DNA from: Polyangiales bacterium
GTDB taxonomy: Bacteria; Myxococcota_A; Polyangia; Polyangiales; Polyangiaceae
DNA length: 64,000 nt
Assembly (NCBI GenBank): GCA_038230375.1
Contig: JBBRNJ010000041.1
Span: forward strand, 1 to 64,000
Direction of reading: 5' to 3'
Part shown: one piece after another, positions 47,901 to 57,587 of the stretch
Layout of the letters: each line of letters begins with the position of its first letter
How positions within the stretch are numbered: position 1 is the first letter of the stretch
Position numbers and translations under genes: made by a program
Notes under the pieces: model-generated
Database searches by the model: none
The model's input: the letters and a program-made list of their open reading frames with translations, nothing else
What the model was told of the DNA's origin: nothing

Positions 47901-49676
47901 CCCGAGCTTCGACAGGGCGCGATCCAGGTGAACGGTCGGCTTCCACCCGAGGTGATCACCCGCATCGTGCGCCAGAACTTCGGTCGCTTCCGCCTCTGCT
48001 ACGAGAACGGCCTCCGCAACAATCCGAACCTGATGGGCCGCGTGAGCGTGAAGTTCGTCATCGGTCGCGATGGCGCCGTGCAGACGTCGCAAGATGGCGG
48101 CTCCGATCTGCCTGACACGGGCGTGGTCTCGTGCGTCGTCCGCGCGTTTCCGAACCTGAGCTTCCCGCAGCCGGAGGGCGGCGGCATCGTCACCGTGACC
48201 TACCCGATCATCTTCTCTCCTGGCGACGGCGCAGGGCCCGCGCAGCCGATGCAGGGCGTCGCGGCGGCGCCGCAGGCCACGAACATCATTGCCACCGTGG
48301 GTCACGTGATGCGTCCTTGCGGCGCGGCGGCGGAGCTCACGTTGAGCGAGCGCCGCACGCTCTGGTACGAGCGCATGGCGAGCACGCAGGACGCAGCCTC
48401 CGCGCTCACGGTGTACCGCCGCGCACTGGAGGACTGCGAGGCGCCGACGTGGCGCGAACGCACGACCCTGCTCCTCATGATGGTCGAGCGACTGCCGACG
48501 GTCACTCAGCGCGTGGCGCTGTGGAAGTCGCTCGTTGCCACGCCCGCCGCTGAGGTCATCTATCGCGCGATCATCGTCCGCATCCAGAACGTGACGGAGC
48601 TCCACGAGCTGCATCAGGCGCTGGGCCTCGCGATGGTCGACCCGGATCTGCTCGCTGGCATGCTCGCGAAGGCGAAGACGCCCGCGGACAAGCTCAGCGT
48701 GTTGCGCGCTGCTGCTACCAAGTGGCCGGACGACATGGAGCTCTCGCTCCGCGTGCTCGACGCCTTCGAGGACCTCAAGGATGACGGCGGGCTCCGTGCA
48801 TGGGCACGCAAGCTTCGCCGCCGGCCCGACGCGACGGCCCACGTATGGACGCAGGTGGGCGAGCACTATCTCAGGCTCGCCTCGCGCGAGACCGGCGCCG
48901 ACGCCGCGCGTGACACCACGGAGGCAAAGCGCACCTTCGGCGAGCTCGTGGAGTTCGCACCGGAAGATCCCGCCGCACGACGTCGCCTTGGCGATCTTCT
49001 GCGCGCGCATGGCTGGTACGAAGAGGCGCTGCGCCAGTACCTGACGCTGCAGACGCTCACCCCGGATGACGCCTCCGTCCCGCTCCTGCTCGCATCCGCG
49101 ACCCAGGGAATGGGGCGCGTGGAAGAGGCCGTGGGCTGGGCCGAGAAGGCCGTGGCGGCAGGTTCGCCGGACGGCAAGAGCGCGCTCTCCAGGGCCGCAC
49201 GCGCGAACGCGCTCGCGTTCCTTGCGTGGGCTCGCGACGACGCGCAGAAGGCAAACAAGAACGACGACGCGGACAGGCTGCTCGCGCGCGCAAATCGCCT
49301 CGCGGCGACGGGCTCCTCCGCGCGCGGCGAGTCCGTCCACGTGATCGTCACGTGGTCGCATCCCGAGCTGCATCCTTCCCTGTGGACCACGCACACGGGC
49401 GCGCCCATGCCAGCGCCCGACAACTTCCCGCTCTTCGGCGTGGCGGAGGCGCGCATGCCCGCAGGCACCACGAAGGTGGAGCTGCGGACGGATCCGGAAG
49501 AGGCGGCGCGCGCGGCACGCCTGGGCGTTTCCGCCGTGGTCACGGTGATCTCTGGTGAAGGCGGAAAGACGCCGACGATAGCGCGAACGAATGTGACGTT
49601 CGGGACGCTGCAAGCGCCCGCGGAACGGCTCATCATCACGCTCGAGAACGGCGCTCTGCGCGTGGGGACGCCGTGA
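44928..49676 (+). CDS. Giant lipoprotein: FecR-like, VIT, VWA, GltG/PglI-like TonB-C module and TPR domains
   Basis: Lipobox LVGC. VIT AVTEVDETFVN..EGIYGF; VWA AIVVDTS, GGATD, VYIGDG; GRLPPEVI..FRLCYE..VTYPI; TPR-like C-terminus. Confidence 0.85.
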   Translation: MRFISVCVIAVACSLAGPLGLVGCGDNLPGVVSQGTTFAELRAIKGEVNVTSPGDTKRVPYPRERISEGTVVSLGPSGLAWIRRDGGAVWLVRGPAELVMHEGNVKLDSGRAFIDGDDGPPVLVDTPRGPLELSDARASVEVMPDKSVEAYVLRGAARSGSGERGTSGEKLTLGADGKTVRASSVAWDDWTGGLATADPAAEPAPFGLGTVGARPPGDQGKPRFSLVVERLDVRVTVDHDFAVTEVDETFVNPSSSTVEGIYGFRTPPGAVLSKFGVDRNGAIVWGKVKESAAAKAQYESNVYQGSTEDPALLSWVGPGVYNARLYPIEPGAKRRVVTRYAEWLSRQGVKADRRLYVYPMAAEGARSSLPRIEELRVNLDLTKSGASRVRAGMGGKQEGQKVVIQAFDFVPRADLAVELFDSGEENAIAYRAPHTLTAEDIPMNADATFAAKVSAEEPDYLLVPMRSTAPADAGKGVDLAIVVDTSAATEPFALAIARTLTSALLSHLGADDRAALFTGDATLRPAFDGSGEMAPVDAAKRRNWLAGLATVDRGGATDIGALLTEAAAKLDPKRRGAVVYIGDGLPSVGETTPKAVRERLARLPEGTRILTAGVGSRANIALLGSIARGAPVESVGDAYGAARSALRLLEAAQKPAWIGAKVDLGPGIERVLPRELPPVGADESVLVVGRVSGKPPAQVNLTSGASTATRVLKVLPVDDGGDLRRRWGQGRMEELLSEGAGRAALVDVGRRFGLVSPYTSLYVPTAREAAVASGQAAELEDVTEQRADAIDRRSRWRPWSRSHVYDSAAEPASANADNKEGGTGTRAKGEEGSMGNPNTHAANHRYGVQGPSDDRPSSAAATATAQAARQRAVNEAAEFGMIGLLDTAAGGGGAPDQEQKQAAGGKAASAPVAAAPAVQPAKPSDPNAPSAPWGRDETTLGLTGTGEGGGGRGDGIGLGGVGTLGHGAGTGVGQGFGSGHGRLGGAHLTKSPELRQGAIQVNGRLPPEVITRIVRQNFGRFRLCYENGLRNNPNLMGRVSVKFVIGRDGAVQTSQDGGSDLPDTGVVSCVVRAFPNLSFPQPEGGGIVTVTYPIIFSPGDGAGPAQPMQGVAAAPQATNIIATVGHVMRPCGAAAELTLSERRTLWYERMASTQDAASALTVYRRALEDCEAPTWRERTTLLLMMVERLPTVTQRVALWKSLVATPAAEVIYRAIIVRIQNVTELHELHQALGLAMVDPDLLAGMLAKAKTPADKLSVLRAAATKWPDDMELSLRVLDAFEDLKDDGGLRAWARKLRRRPDATAHVWTQVGEHYLRLASRETGADAARDTTEAKRTFGELVEFAPEDPAARRRLGDLLRAHGWYEEALRQYLTLQTLTPDDASVPLLLASATQGMGRVEEAVGWAEKAVAAGSPDGKSALSRAARANALAFLAWARDDAQKANKNDDADRLLARANRLAATGSSARGESVHVIVTWSHPELHPSLWTTHTGAPMPAPDNFPLFGVAEARMPAGTTKVELRTDPEEAARAARLGVSAVVTVISGEGGKTPTIARTNVTFGTLQAPAERLIITLENGALRVGTP

Positions 49677-52030
49677 AAATGCGAATGAACAAGAAGACTG
49701 CGGCCCTTGGCATCGGCGTCCTGGTGCTCGCTGGAGCCGGGACCATCGCTGCCCTGCGACTCCGCGGGCCGAGCATCTCCCCGATCGGCACCGTCGCCAC
49801 GACCGTGGGCGACCTCCGGACCATGCACGCGGAGGTCATGCTCCGTGGCAAGGAGGTGCGCGGCGTAGCTCGCCTCCTCGCGGGCGATCAGGTCAAGACA
49901 GGCGCCTCGGGTCGCGTGCTCGTGAGGCTCGACGACGGCACGCAGATCGTGGTCGATGGCAACACGGAGCTCACGATCGATGGCGCAAAGCTCACGCTCG
50001 CGAAGGGCCGGCTGTTCGTGCAGGCAGGCTCCTCCGCACGGACCGAGGTCGCGTTCGGCGACGCCACCACGACCGTCGTCTCCAGCGCGGCCGCGTTCGA
50101 CGCGGGCAACGGTGGAAAGGTGTATTGTGCACGCGGTGAGCTCGTCCTCTCGGAGGGCGGGAAGACCGCGCACGTGGCAAGCGGCGAGACCGCCTCGCTC
50201 TCACCGGGTGGCGCGAAGGTGGCGCCCGAGGCCGCGTTCGACGACTGGACCGGCGGACTTGCGACGCCCTGGTCGGGCGAGCGCGGACCGAAGAGCGCGA
50301 TCCCGGAGCTGTGGGCGGGTCCGGGCGGCGTGGATCCTGGAGCGCCCCTCGTCGTGCGCTCGGAGAACGTGGACGTGGACATCGAGGGCGAGGTCGCCAC
50401 GACCCGCATGAAGACCACCTACTTCAACGGCAGCGATCAGAGCGCTCAGGCAGACGTGCGCATGGCGCTCCCCGCTGGCGCGCTGGTGTCGCGCGTCGCG
50501 CGCATGAACGAAGGCGCAGGCAGCCCCAGCGTGGCGACGCTCGGCCCTGGCACGCGCACTCCTGGCGCCGGCGGCGACACGGCGCGGCTCGAGTGGGCCG
50601 GCGGTGGCTGGCTCCGTGGAACGCTCGTCGACGTGCCTGCGGGCAAGTCGGTGGACCTCCTCGTCGACTACGTCGAGTGGCTCCCCACGCGCGACGGACA
50701 TGCAACCTATCGGTTCCCCATGGCGAGCGACATCGAGGCACCCATGGTCGGTGGCCTCGCGCTCAAGCTGCAATCGAAGAGTTCTGCGCGCTTCCTGTCC
50801 GCAAGCCTTGGCACCGTCGTGCGCGACGGCGCGATCGAGCTTCGCCGCGCGGACGTTCGGCCCACGGGCGATCTGGTCGTGGAGCTCACGCCCGACGTCG
50901 TGAAATCGGGCCAGGCGCGCGCGTACGTGCAGAAGGGCGAGCCGAACGAGGACCCGTACGTGCTCGTCCGCACGGAGGTCCCCGACGTCACGGAGGCCGG
51001 TGTCACGCTCGCCGTCGTCGTTGACACCTCCATGAGCGTGGGACCGTCGCTGCTCGAGACCGAGCGTGCCGTGGTCGATGCGCTGCTCGAGTCGCTGGGT
51101 CCGAAGGACTCCATCGTGGTGCTGGCCGCCGACCAGAGCGCGCGCGTCGTCGGCCCTGCGAAGCCTGCGGCGGTGACCCCCGAGACGCGCGCGGACATCA
51201 AGAAGTCGCTCGCGCTCGTGCGCGCGGGCGGCGCGTCCAACCTGGGCATTGCGCTGGAGCAAGCCGCCGATCTGCTCGATGGTCAGGACAAGGATCACGC
51301 GGGCACTGGCATGGTCGTCTACGTCGGCGATGGCCGGCCGACGGTGGGTGAGGCCACCGCGCGCGACCTTCGCAAGCGGCTCGCGCGACGTGCAGGCGGA
51401 GTCCCTCGCATAGGCGCTGTGGCCATTGGACAGGGCGCGGATCGCTGGATGCTGGCGGAGCTCGCGCAGGGTTCTGGTCCGGTTTACGACGTCGTCGATC
51501 GCCCGGAGGCGGCCCGCGCGGGCGGCGCACTGGTGGCGGATGCGCTGGCACCCGTGGTGCGCGGAGTCTCCGTGGACCTGGGCCCCACGGTCGACCGGAT
51601 CTACCCACGCGACACGCGCACGGTCGGCTCCGGCTCCACGTTCACCGTCGCAGGCCGGCTGCGCGGTCAGCTCCCGTCGAAGGTCACGCTGCGCTTCCGC
51701 AAGGGCAACGAGATCGTCGAAGAGGTGAGGTCGCTCGTGCAGGTCGAGGCGCCCGCGAGCGCGGACGTCGCAAAGCGCTGGGCAGAAGAGCGCGTCGAAG
51801 AGATCGCCATGCGCAACGAAGGCATGGAGGGCGCCGTTGCGCTCGCCACGAAGGCGGGCCTGGTCACGCCGTGGACCAGCTTCTTCTGGAACGGCGCCAC
51901 CGCGTCGATGCCCTGGGACGACCGCGTGCTCGGCCTCTCGTCCGACACTGACACGGCGTACGCCGCGCGCATTGCGCCCGCGCCGCCGCCGCCTTCGCTG
52001 GTGCTGGAGCCGCCGAGCGTCTTCGATTGA
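49673..52030 (+). CDS. N-terminal part (FecR-VIT-VWA) of the paralogous giant protein, ending at an in-frame TGA
   Basis: FecR-like GDQVKTG..VRLDDGT; DDWTGGLAT shared with the upstream paralog; VWA VVDTSMS. Confidence 0.8.
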   Translation: MKMRMNKKTAALGIGVLVLAGAGTIAALRLRGPSISPIGTVATTVGDLRTMHAEVMLRGKEVRGVARLLAGDQVKTGASGRVLVRLDDGTQIVVDGNTELTIDGAKLTLAKGRLFVQAGSSARTEVAFGDATTTVVSSAAAFDAGNGGKVYCARGELVLSEGGKTAHVASGETASLSPGGAKVAPEAAFDDWTGGLATPWSGERGPKSAIPELWAGPGGVDPGAPLVVRSENVDVDIEGEVATTRMKTTYFNGSDQSAQADVRMALPAGALVSRVARMNEGAGSPSVATLGPGTRTPGAGGDTARLEWAGGGWLRGTLVDVPAGKSVDLLVDYVEWLPTRDGHATYRFPMASDIEAPMVGGLALKLQSKSSARFLSASLGTVVRDGAIELRRADVRPTGDLVVELTPDVVKSGQARAYVQKGEPNEDPYVLVRTEVPDVTEAGVTLAVVVDTSMSVGPSLLETERAVVDALLESLGPKDSIVVLAADQSARVVGPAKPAAVTPETRADIKKSLALVRAGGASNLGIALEQAADLLDGQDKDHAGTGMVVYVGDGRPTVGEATARDLRKRLARRAGGVPRIGAVAIGQGADRWMLAELAQGSGPVYDVVDRPEAARAGGALVADALAPVVRGVSVDLGPTVDRIYPRDTRTVGSGSTFTVAGRLRGQLPSKVTLRFRKGNEIVEEVRSLVQVEAPASADVAKRWAEERVEEIAMRNEGMEGAVALATKAGLVTPWTSFFWNGATASMPWDDRVLGLSSDTDTAYAARIAPAPPPPSLVLEPPSVFD

Positions 52031-52051
52031 GAGGCCTCTCTCGAGGACGCC

Positions 52052-53635
52052 ATGGAGGTCGCTGCACGCCAGGCGCTCATCGACTCGATGCCCGCGCTGG
52101 TCGCGTGTCGCGATTCACGTGCGGCCGTTCGGCCGGATGTGCCATCGCAGCTGTCGGTCTCCGTCAGCGTGGACGTGGATGGACACGCGACCAAGGTCAC
52201 CGTGGACGCGCAGGGCTCGCGCGGCAACGACGTGGTGCTGGAGCGCTGCTCGCGCGGCGTGATCACCGCGGTCCCGTTCTTCGGTGGCGGTGTGGCCATC
52301 ACGTTCACGCAGGTGATCATGTTGCCGCCGCTTCAGACGGCGCGGCGCACGGAGTGCAGCACCACGTCCAAGCTACCGCTCGCCGTGAAGCGCGGGATCT
52401 GGCGCGCACGCAAGCAGAAGGGCATTCTCAACTACGACGTGGCCTACCACCAGTGCGAGCTCCCCACGTGGAGCGAGCGTCGCACGCTGCTCGGCATCCT
52501 GGTCGCGGACCTGGCGATCCCGGAGGCCATCAACACCGCCGCGCGCATCGAAGCGACCGGCGACTCCGACGGCGCAGCATTCATTCGCCAGGAGCTCCTG
52601 CGCAGGCCGAACGTGTCGTCGCTGGCGTACGAGGACATGCGTCGACTCTTCGTGGGCGCGGAGCCCAAGGTCGACGTTGCGCTCGACAAGGCCTACCGCA
52701 CTGCGAAGAACGACGCGGACCGCATGAAGGTGCTCCGGCGCTTCCTGCGCGTCGCGCCCCATAGCCCGCTTGGGCGCCGCCTCCTGCTCTCGCTCCTTGA
52801 ATCCACGGGCCAGAAGGACGCGCTGAAGGACGAGATCTTCCACGTGCGGACGGACCCGTTCTCGGACGCTGGCCTGCTCGCGTCCGGTGCGTCCGCGCTG
52901 CGCCGCCTGGGTGAGGACGAGGACGGTCGGCGCGCCTTCGGCGAGCTGGTCGAGCGCGCGCCGCGTGATCCGTGGACGCTCGCCTACGTGGGCGATCGCC
53001 TGCGCGCAGAGGGCCTCTACGAGGACGCGCTCGCTTCCTATCAGAGGCTGGATTCGCAGATGCCGGATGATCCTGCCGTTGCGCTCCGCCTCGCGCTCGC
53101 TCATGCAGGCGCAGGCCGCCTGGACGTGGCCATTCGCCTCCTCGATCGCTCCGCGCAGACCGGCGGACGCGGTGACGACGGTCGCACGGGCGAGCTCTCG
53201 TCGATCCTCTCTGCGTCGCTGCTTGCGGCGGCGCGACAGGCGTCCCCGTCTCCAGAGACGGACGCGCTCCTTGCGCGCAGGCTGGCGGAGACGCCATTGC
53301 CGGACGTGGCAAGCCTCATCTTGGTTCGCACCCCGCTCACCGACGACCCCGTCAACGTGACGGTCGCGCGCGCGGAGACAGACAAGGACGAGCTGCCCGC
53401 AGATCTGGATGCCTCGGGTATGGGCCTCACCGCCGTGCGCATCGAGCGCGGCGGCGGCACTGCACGCATTCATCTCAGAAGGACAGCCGCGCTCACGGGC
53501 TCGCGCTCCACGCACGGTACGGTCACGGCGCTGGTGCTCGCGTCGGATCGGAGCCAGAGCAAGCTCATCACGCGCGAGGTGGATATCGACGAGAAGGGCA
53601 TCGAGCTTCGATGGAACGGGGAGACCTTGCGATGA
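52052..53635 (+). CDS. C-terminal part (TonB-C-like plus TPR) of the paralogous giant protein
   Basis: Same frame as 49673. CELPTWSERRTLL and RAFGELVERAPRDP align with CEAPTWRERTTLL and RTFGELVEFAPEDP of the 44928 protein. Confidence 0.8.
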   Translation: MEVAARQALIDSMPALVACRDSRAAVRPDVPSQLSVSVSVDVDGHATKVTVDAQGSRGNDVVLERCSRGVITAVPFFGGGVAITFTQVIMLPPLQTARRTECSTTSKLPLAVKRGIWRARKQKGILNYDVAYHQCELPTWSERRTLLGILVADLAIPEAINTAARIEATGDSDGAAFIRQELLRRPNVSSLAYEDMRRLFVGAEPKVDVALDKAYRTAKNDADRMKVLRRFLRVAPHSPLGRRLLLSLLESTGQKDALKDEIFHVRTDPFSDAGLLASGASALRRLGEDEDGRRAFGELVERAPRDPWTLAYVGDRLRAEGLYEDALASYQRLDSQMPDDPAVALRLALAHAGAGRLDVAIRLLDRSAQTGGRGDDGRTGELSSILSASLLAAARQASPSPETDALLARRLAETPLPDVASLILVRTPLTDDPVNVTVARAETDKDELPADLDASGMGLTAVRIERGGGTARIHLRRTAALTGSRSTHGTVTALVLASDRSQSKLITREVDIDEKGIELRWNGETLR

Positions 53636-54468
53636 GCGGCGACGATCAGAACCCGAAGGGCGTACCGCAAGCCGAACCTTCCTCACCGACCCAGCCGGAC
53701 GAGGATGGGTGGGAGGCCGCGCTGGCTGACATGCCAAACCTCCAGCCGACGCCGCCACCAGCGGATGTGGCCCATGCTGTGCAGCCTCCGCCCGAGCCCG
53801 CACACGACGTCGGCTCCGTGACGGCACCAATGCCGCCGGTCGCTCCGCTTCCCATGCCGCAGCCCCACACCATACCGCAGCCCACCGCCAGCGCGCCCGC
53901 GCTCCATCTGCAGGCGCAGAACATGGGCCCTGCGATCATCGTTCCGCAGATCCCCGATTACCTACGGCGAAAGCCACAGCCGCTGATCGGGCCTGTGCTC
54001 TCCGTCTACGGCGCGCTGCTGTGGTCGTTCGTCCTCGCCGGTCAGTTCACGACATCGTGGATGAGCAGCGGCCCCATGGACGAGCGGTTGGCGCTGTTCA
54101 CAGTCTTCCTCGCGACCGTCGTGACCGGGATCATCGCGCTGCGGCGCGCACAGACCGCGGCGCCCGTGACCGCAGGCAGGGTCCTCGGGCGCGCCGTCTT
54201 CGCATTCGTGGGCGCGGGGATCGCGTGGTTCGCGACTGTCTTCGTCGCCGCCATCGCGGGGAACACCGCCTCCCGCAATCACGACGTGCTCATCGCGATG
54301 TTCCTGCTCGCACTGGCGGTGACCGCCACAGTGATGGGTCCGCGCCTCACGTCGCCCGGCCCGCACGCTGCGCCCTCACACGGTCGCAAGGTGATCCAGG
54401 TCAGCTTCTGGGCTGGCCTCGCAGTCGTCACGCTCATCGCAGGCGCAGAGCTCGTGTCGAACGGCTAG
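53632..54468 (+). CDS. Membrane protein with Pro-rich N-terminus and ~5 TM helices
   Basis: ATGA overlap with the previous gene; hydrophobic C-terminal half. Confidence 0.7.
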   Translation: MSGDDQNPKGVPQAEPSSPTQPDEDGWEAALADMPNLQPTPPPADVAHAVQPPPEPAHDVGSVTAPMPPVAPLPMPQPHTIPQPTASAPALHLQAQNMGPAIIVPQIPDYLRRKPQPLIGPVLSVYGALLWSFVLAGQFTTSWMSSGPMDERLALFTVFLATVVTGIIALRRAQTAAPVTAGRVLGRAVFAFVGAGIAWFATVFVAAIAGNTASRNHDVLIAMFLLALAVTATVMGPRLTSPGPHAAPSHGRKVIQVSFWAGLAVVTLIAGAELVSNG

Positions 54469-54559
54469 CCCGCGTTGCCGGCCGCGGGCCGCAGGGGAAT
54501 GACGCGGGCGTTTTCCCTGTCGGCGACGTGGAAGAGGACCTACCCTTCGAGGCTTCCGC

Positions 54560-57520
54560 ATGGACCGCCTCGTCGTCACTGGCGCCCGCCAGCACAACCT
54601 CAGGAACGTGTCTGTCACGCTTCCGCGGGGCAAGTTCGTCGTCCTCACGGGGCCGAGCGGCTCGGGCAAGTCCAGCCTGGCGTTCGACACGATCTACGCG
54701 GAAGGGCAGCGCCGCTATGTGGAGTCGCTGTCTGCGTATGCTCGTCAATTCCTGGAGCAGCTTGCGAAGCCGGACGTGGACCGCATCGAAGGGCTGTCGC
54801 CGGCGATCGCCATCGAGCAGCGCCCGCTCTCCAAGTCACCGCGCTCCACCGTGGGCACCGTCACCGAGATCGCCGACTACCTGCGCCTCCTGTTCGCGCG
54901 CGTCGGCATCCCGCATTGCCCGAACTGCGGCAAGCGCATCGAGGCGCAGACCGTCCAGCAGATCGTCGACCACATCCTGACGCTCGGTGAAGGCACGCGG
55001 CTCAGCCTGCTCTCGCCGATCTGCCGCGCACGCAAGGGCGAGCTCAAGCTGGAGCTCGAGCGCCTGCGTCGCGAAGGCTACGTCCGCGCGCGCGTGGACG
55101 GCCAGGTCGTGGACCTTGGCGACTCGATCGAGCTCGACGGCAAGAAGACGCACGACCTGGACGTCGTCATCGATCGCATCGTCATCAAGGAGGGTGTCGC
55201 CGGACGCCTGACGGACAGCGTGGAGCTCTCCCTCAAGGTCGGGGAGGGCCGGCTGCTCGTCGGCGTGGAGGGCAAGGAACCCTTCTGGATGAGCGAGCGC
55301 TTCGCGTGCATCGACTGCGGCATCTCGCTCCCGCCGATCGAGCCGCGCATGTTCTCCTTCAACGGGCCGCACGGAGCCTGCCCCGCGTGCGACGGCCTTG
55401 GCGCACGCACCGTCATCGACCCCACGCGCGTCGTCGGCGATCCGAAGCGCACGCTTCGTGAGGGCGTCGTGCTGGCGTGGGGCAGACGCGGCTCGGTGGC
55501 GCTCGCAACCGAGATCTCGCGCGCCGTCGAGTCCCTGTCCGTGTCGCCAGACACACCGTGGGAGAAGTTCCCGGAGGAGACGAAGACGTTGCTCCTGTTC
55601 GGGGACCCAGACAAGAAGAGCGCCGCTCGTGGCAAGGGAAAGAAGGCGCGCTACCTGGGCATCGTCCCCAGGCTCACCGAGCGGCTCCTTGGCGAGGACG
55701 AGCCGGACCTTGACCCGGACGAGGACCTGGGCGGCATCGCCGCGGACGATCTGGGTCGCTTCACCGTGAGCCGCGTGTGCTCCGCGTGCAAGGGCAAGCG
55801 GCTCCGACCCGAGGCGCTCGCCATCACGCTGGACGGGCGCGACATCGCGGAGCTCGGCGCGCTAGCCCTCGGAAAATTGCGTGCATTCTGCAATCAAATG
55901 CAGGCAGAGCCCGAGCGTTTCTCGACACGTGAGCGCGCCATCGCGGAGCCGCTCTTGCGTGCTGTCACGGCGCGGCTCGGGTTCCTCATCGACGTAGGCC
56001 TGGACTACCTTGCGCTCGACCGCAGCGCGCAGACCCTGTCGTCGGGTGAGGGCCAGCGCATCCGGCTTGCCACGCAGATCGGCGCTGCGCTCGTGGGCGT
56101 GCTCTACGTGCTGGACGAGCCGAGCGTGGGCCTGCACGCACGCGACAACGCTCGGCTGCTCCAGGCAGAGGCGCGCCTGCGCGACCTTGGCAACACGGTC
56201 CTAGTCGTGGAGCACGATCGCGAAGCCATCATGGCCGCGGACTACGTGGTGGACATGGGCCCGGGCGCCGGCGTGCACGGCGGCATGATCGTCGCCGAGG
56301 GCACGCCCGAAGAGGTCATCGCGAACCCGGCCTCCGTCACCGGTCCGTGGCTGTCCGGCGCGCGTGCATTGCCCATGCCCAAGACGCGCAAGCCGAAGGG
56401 CAAGCAGAAGCTCACGGTCGTGGGCGCGCGCGTGCACAACCTGAAGAATGTCTCCGTGGATGTGCCCATCGGTCTCTTCACCTGCTTCACGGGTGTGTCG
56501 GGGAGCGGAAAATCAAGCCTTGTCATCGACACGCTGCTGCCTGCGGCGCGCGGCATGCTCTACGGCGCAGCGGCGAAGGTCGGCGACTGCGACGGCGTGC
56601 AGGGGCTGGACCACATCGACAAGGTCGTGTCGATCGATCAGGCGCCCATCGGTCGCACGCCGCGTTCGAACCCCGCCACGTACACGGGCATCTTCGCGCA
56701 GCTGCGCGACCTCTACGCGGGGCTGCCAGATGCGCGCGCACGCGGCTACAAGCCGGGCCGCTTCTCCTTCAACGTGAAGGGCGGTCGCTGCGAGGCATGC
56801 CAGGGCGACGGCGTGCTGCGCGTGGAGATGCACTTCCTTCCGGACGTGTTCGTCACATGCGACACGTGCCAGGGCCGCAGGTACAACCGCGAGACGCTCG
56901 AGGTGAAGTACCGCGGCCTCTCCATTGCCGACGCGCTCGACCTCACGGTGGAGCAGGCGATGCCCCTGTTCGAGTCGATCCCGCGCGTGCATGAGCGGTT
57001 GCTCGCGCTCACCAAGGTTGGTCTTGGCTACCTCTCGCTGGGCCAGCCCGCGACCACGCTCTCTGGCGGTGAAGCGCAGCGCGTGAAGCTTGCGCGCGAG
57101 CTCTCGCGCCGCGCCACCGGTCGCACGCTCTACATCCTGGACGAGCCCACGACAGGCCTGCATTTCACCGACATCGAGCTGCTACTGCGTGCGCTCATGG
57201 ATCTCCGCGACCAGGGCAACACGGTGATCGTCATCGAGCACAACCTGGATGTCGTGGCGTGCGCGGACTGGGTCGTGGACATGGGCCCCGATGGCGGCGA
57301 CGGCGGCGGCGAGGTCGTGGTCTCCGGGTCGCCAGAGGACGTCGCGACCTGCGAGCGCTCGTACACCGGGCACTACCTCAAAGACGTGCTCGCCTTCGGC
57401 AAGAGGGGAAGCCGCGACAGCGAAGTGGTCCCCACCAGACCTTCCGCAAAGAAGCCCCTCGGCGGCGCCGCACACGGCACGCGCGCAGAAGAGCCCCCCA
57501 AGCGTAAGCCCAAGCGGTAG
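54560..57520 (+). CDS. uvrA: Excinuclease ABC subunit A
   Basis: [27 protein letters not shown], two ABC cassettes, zinc fingers, LDEPTTGLH. Confidence 0.98.
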   Translation: MDRLVVTGARQHNLRNVSVTLPRGKFVVLTGPSGSGKSSLAFDTIYAEGQRRYVESLSAYARQFLEQLAKPDVDRIEGLSPAIAIEQRPLSKSPRSTVGTVTEIADYLRLLFARVGIPHCPNCGKRIEAQTVQQIVDHILTLGEGTRLSLLSPICRARKGELKLELERLRREGYVRARVDGQVVDLGDSIELDGKKTHDLDVVIDRIVIKEGVAGRLTDSVELSLKVGEGRLLVGVEGKEPFWMSERFACIDCGISLPPIEPRMFSFNGPHGACPACDGLGARTVIDPTRVVGDPKRTLREGVVLAWGRRGSVALATEISRAVESLSVSPDTPWEKFPEETKTLLLFGDPDKKSAARGKGKKARYLGIVPRLTERLLGEDEPDLDPDEDLGGIAADDLGRFTVSRVCSACKGKRLRPEALAITLDGRDIAELGALALGKLRAFCNQMQAEPERFSTRERAIAEPLLRAVTARLGFLIDVGLDYLALDRSAQTLSSGEGQRIRLATQIGAALVGVLYVLDEPSVGLHARDNARLLQAEARLRDLGNTVLVVEHDREAIMAADYVVDMGPGAGVHGGMIVAEGTPEEVIANPASVTGPWLSGARALPMPKTRKPKGKQKLTVVGARVHNLKNVSVDVPIGLFTCFTGVSGSGKSSLVIDTLLPAARGMLYGAAAKVGDCDGVQGLDHIDKVVSIDQAPIGRTPRSNPATYTGIFAQLRDLYAGLPDARARGYKPGRFSFNVKGGRCEACQGDGVLRVEMHFLPDVFVTCDTCQGRRYNRETLEVKYRGLSIADALDLTVEQAMPLFESIPRVHERLLALTKVGLGYLSLGQPATTLSGGEAQRVKLARELSRRATGRTLYILDEPTTGLHFTDIELLLRALMDLRDQGNTVIVIEHNLDVVACADWVVDMGPDGGDGGGEVVVSGSPEDVATCERSYTGHYLKDVLAFGKRGSRDSEVVPTRPSAKKPLGGAAHGTRAEEPPKRKPKR

Positions 57521-57587
57521 CCAACCAGCTCGCCGATGCGGAAGGGCACTCGCCCGTGCCGGACCATCACCATCGACTCGGCCCAAC

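Noticed and set aside
44790..49613. 1607-aa minus-strand ORF, and similar long shadow ORFs (3165-5234, 10930-12669, 37870-40287, 25332-26837)
   Set aside because: They are antisense to well-supported genes, have biased composition and no motifs, as expected in high-GC DNA.
52028..52070. Selenocysteine recoding of the in-frame TGA
   Set aside because: There is no redox or Cys-equivalent context and no convincing bacterial SECIS; only short GC-rich pairings are present.
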